This document shows positions 63,334 to 64,000 of a DNA stretch of 64,000 bases, piece by piece. The DNA comes from Candidatus Saccharimonadales bacterium (lineage in GTDB: Bacteria; Patescibacteriota; Saccharimonadia; Saccharimonadales; EFPC-124): the NCBI GenBank assembly GCA_035280845.1, contig DATEFB010000012.1, positions 9,093-73,092 on the forward strand, given 5' to 3'. Within the stretch, counting starts at the first letter, position 1, and each line of letters opens with the position of its first letter. Both the position numbers and the translations under genes were made by a program. The notes under the pieces are model-generated. The model saw only the letters and a program-made list of their open reading frames with translations, searched no databases and had not been told where the DNA came from.

Positions 63334-64000
63334 CTACTTTTCTTCGGTCTTCTCTTCTTTGCCATCAGTTGTTTCTTCGATTGCTGCCAACAGCGAGTCT
63401 TCAACGTTCTTACGGCCACCACGTGCGCCGCCCTTCGCGTCGGTAGGCTTACTGACAGCGCCACCGGCCTGGCCAGCTTCAATGTCAAGTTCGAAGCCAG
63501 TGAGGCGTGATGCTAGGCGGACGTTCTGGCCACCGCGGCCAATCGCGATACTTAGCTGCTCTGGGTCAACCTGCACTTTAGCGTGCTTATTAACAGTGTC
63601 CAGCGTAATCTTCTGCACTTCAGCAGGGCTCAACGCGTTTGTAATAAAACCGATTGGGTCGTCACTAAAGGTGATGATGTCGATCTTCTCGCTATCACCA
63701 ATCTCGTTCATAACAGCCTGTACGCGGGTACCGTGGCCACCAACAAAGGTGCCCACTGGGTCAACGCCTGGCACAGTGCTGTGCACGGCAATTTTGGTGC
63801 GCTTGCCAGCTTCGCGGGCAATAGCCTTGATTTCTACGGCGCCGCTGTCCATCTCTGGGACTTCCTGGCGGAACAGGTATTCAATAAAGGCTTCGTTGGC
63901 GCGGCTCAAAATAAGCTGTGGACCGCGGTTGCCGCGCTCTACATCTTTTAAGTACACTTTTACGCGGCTGCCAATACCGTAGTATTCACCTTGGATTTGT
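63334..64000 (-). CDS. nusA: transcription termination/antitermination factor NusA, C-terminal part (5' end beyond window)
   Basis: S1 and KH domain sequence (...VDPVGTFVGGHGTRVQAVMNEIGDSEKIDII..., ...IAIGRGGQNVRLASRLTGFELDI) with Lys/Glu-rich tail; reading frame stays open to position 64000. Confidence 0.85.
   Translation of the reverse strand, partial: QIQGEYYGIGSRVKVYLKDVERGNRGPQLILSRANEAFIEYLFRQEVPEMDSGAVEIKAIAREAGKRTKIAVHSTVPGVDPVGTFVGGHGTRVQAVMNEIGDSEKIDIITFSDDPIGFITNALSPAEVQKITLDTVNKHAKVQVDPEQLSIAIGRGGQNVRLASRLTGFELDIEAGQAGGAVSKPTDAKGGARGGRKNVEDSLLAAIEETTDGKEEKTEEK

Overview
This 64 kb window is a gene-dense bacterial chromosome segment with a baseline GC content of roughly 50-54%. 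Almost all genes are on the minus strand. I found no CRISPR array, no integrase or transposase, and no rRNA; there is one tRNA. Everything here was inferred by eye from the sequence and the ORF track; no searches or computations were run.

The conserved core is the translation/transcription backbone. In minus-strand transcription order (descending coordinates) it runs: nusA (5' part beyond the window edge), clpC, radA, a yacL-like PIN/TRAM gene, PBP1A (plus strand), tyrS, recG, rsmD, tRNA-Leu(UAG), pgl, hisS, tig, clpP, rpoB, rpoC, rpsL, rpsG, fusA, tuf, rpsJ, the 22-gene S10/spc ribosomal-protein block from rplC to rplO, secY, and infA (3' end beyond the window edge).

The gene rpmD (L30) is absent between rpsE and rplO. 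Several proteins carry extensions: S5, IF-1, PBP1A and the sigma factor. This is compatible with a reduced-genome CPR/Saccharibacteria-like organism, but that is inference only.

The universal str-S10-spc superoperon is broken into independently promoted pieces. Near-consensus sigma70-type promoters sit in front of infA, rplC, rpsJ and tuf, and stem-loop/T-run terminators follow rplO, rpsJ, tuf, fusA and rpoC. Non-ribosomal genes are inserted at several joints:
- Between rpsJ and rplC there is a 4.9 kb insert carrying an RpoD-like sigma-70 factor with a ~325 aa C-terminal GXGXG-type beta-helix repeat extension, a secreted HExxH metalloprotease and membrane proteins.
- One small gene sits between rpsG and fusA, and two between fusA and tuf.
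- A high-GC divergent two-gene cassette sits between rpsL and rpoC.

Non-ribosomal accessory content includes:
- Roughly a dozen short 60-68% GC islets, each carrying one or two small genes, which suggests lateral acquisition.
- A tRNA-Leu-flanked accessory block encoding an AraC regulator, a DHFR-family protein, an SRPBCC protein, an EEP-family nuclease/phosphatase and a TIR-like protein.
- An 851 aa pectate-lyase-like beta-helix/FN3 tail-fibre-like protein adjacent to a processive cellulose-synthase-like GT2.
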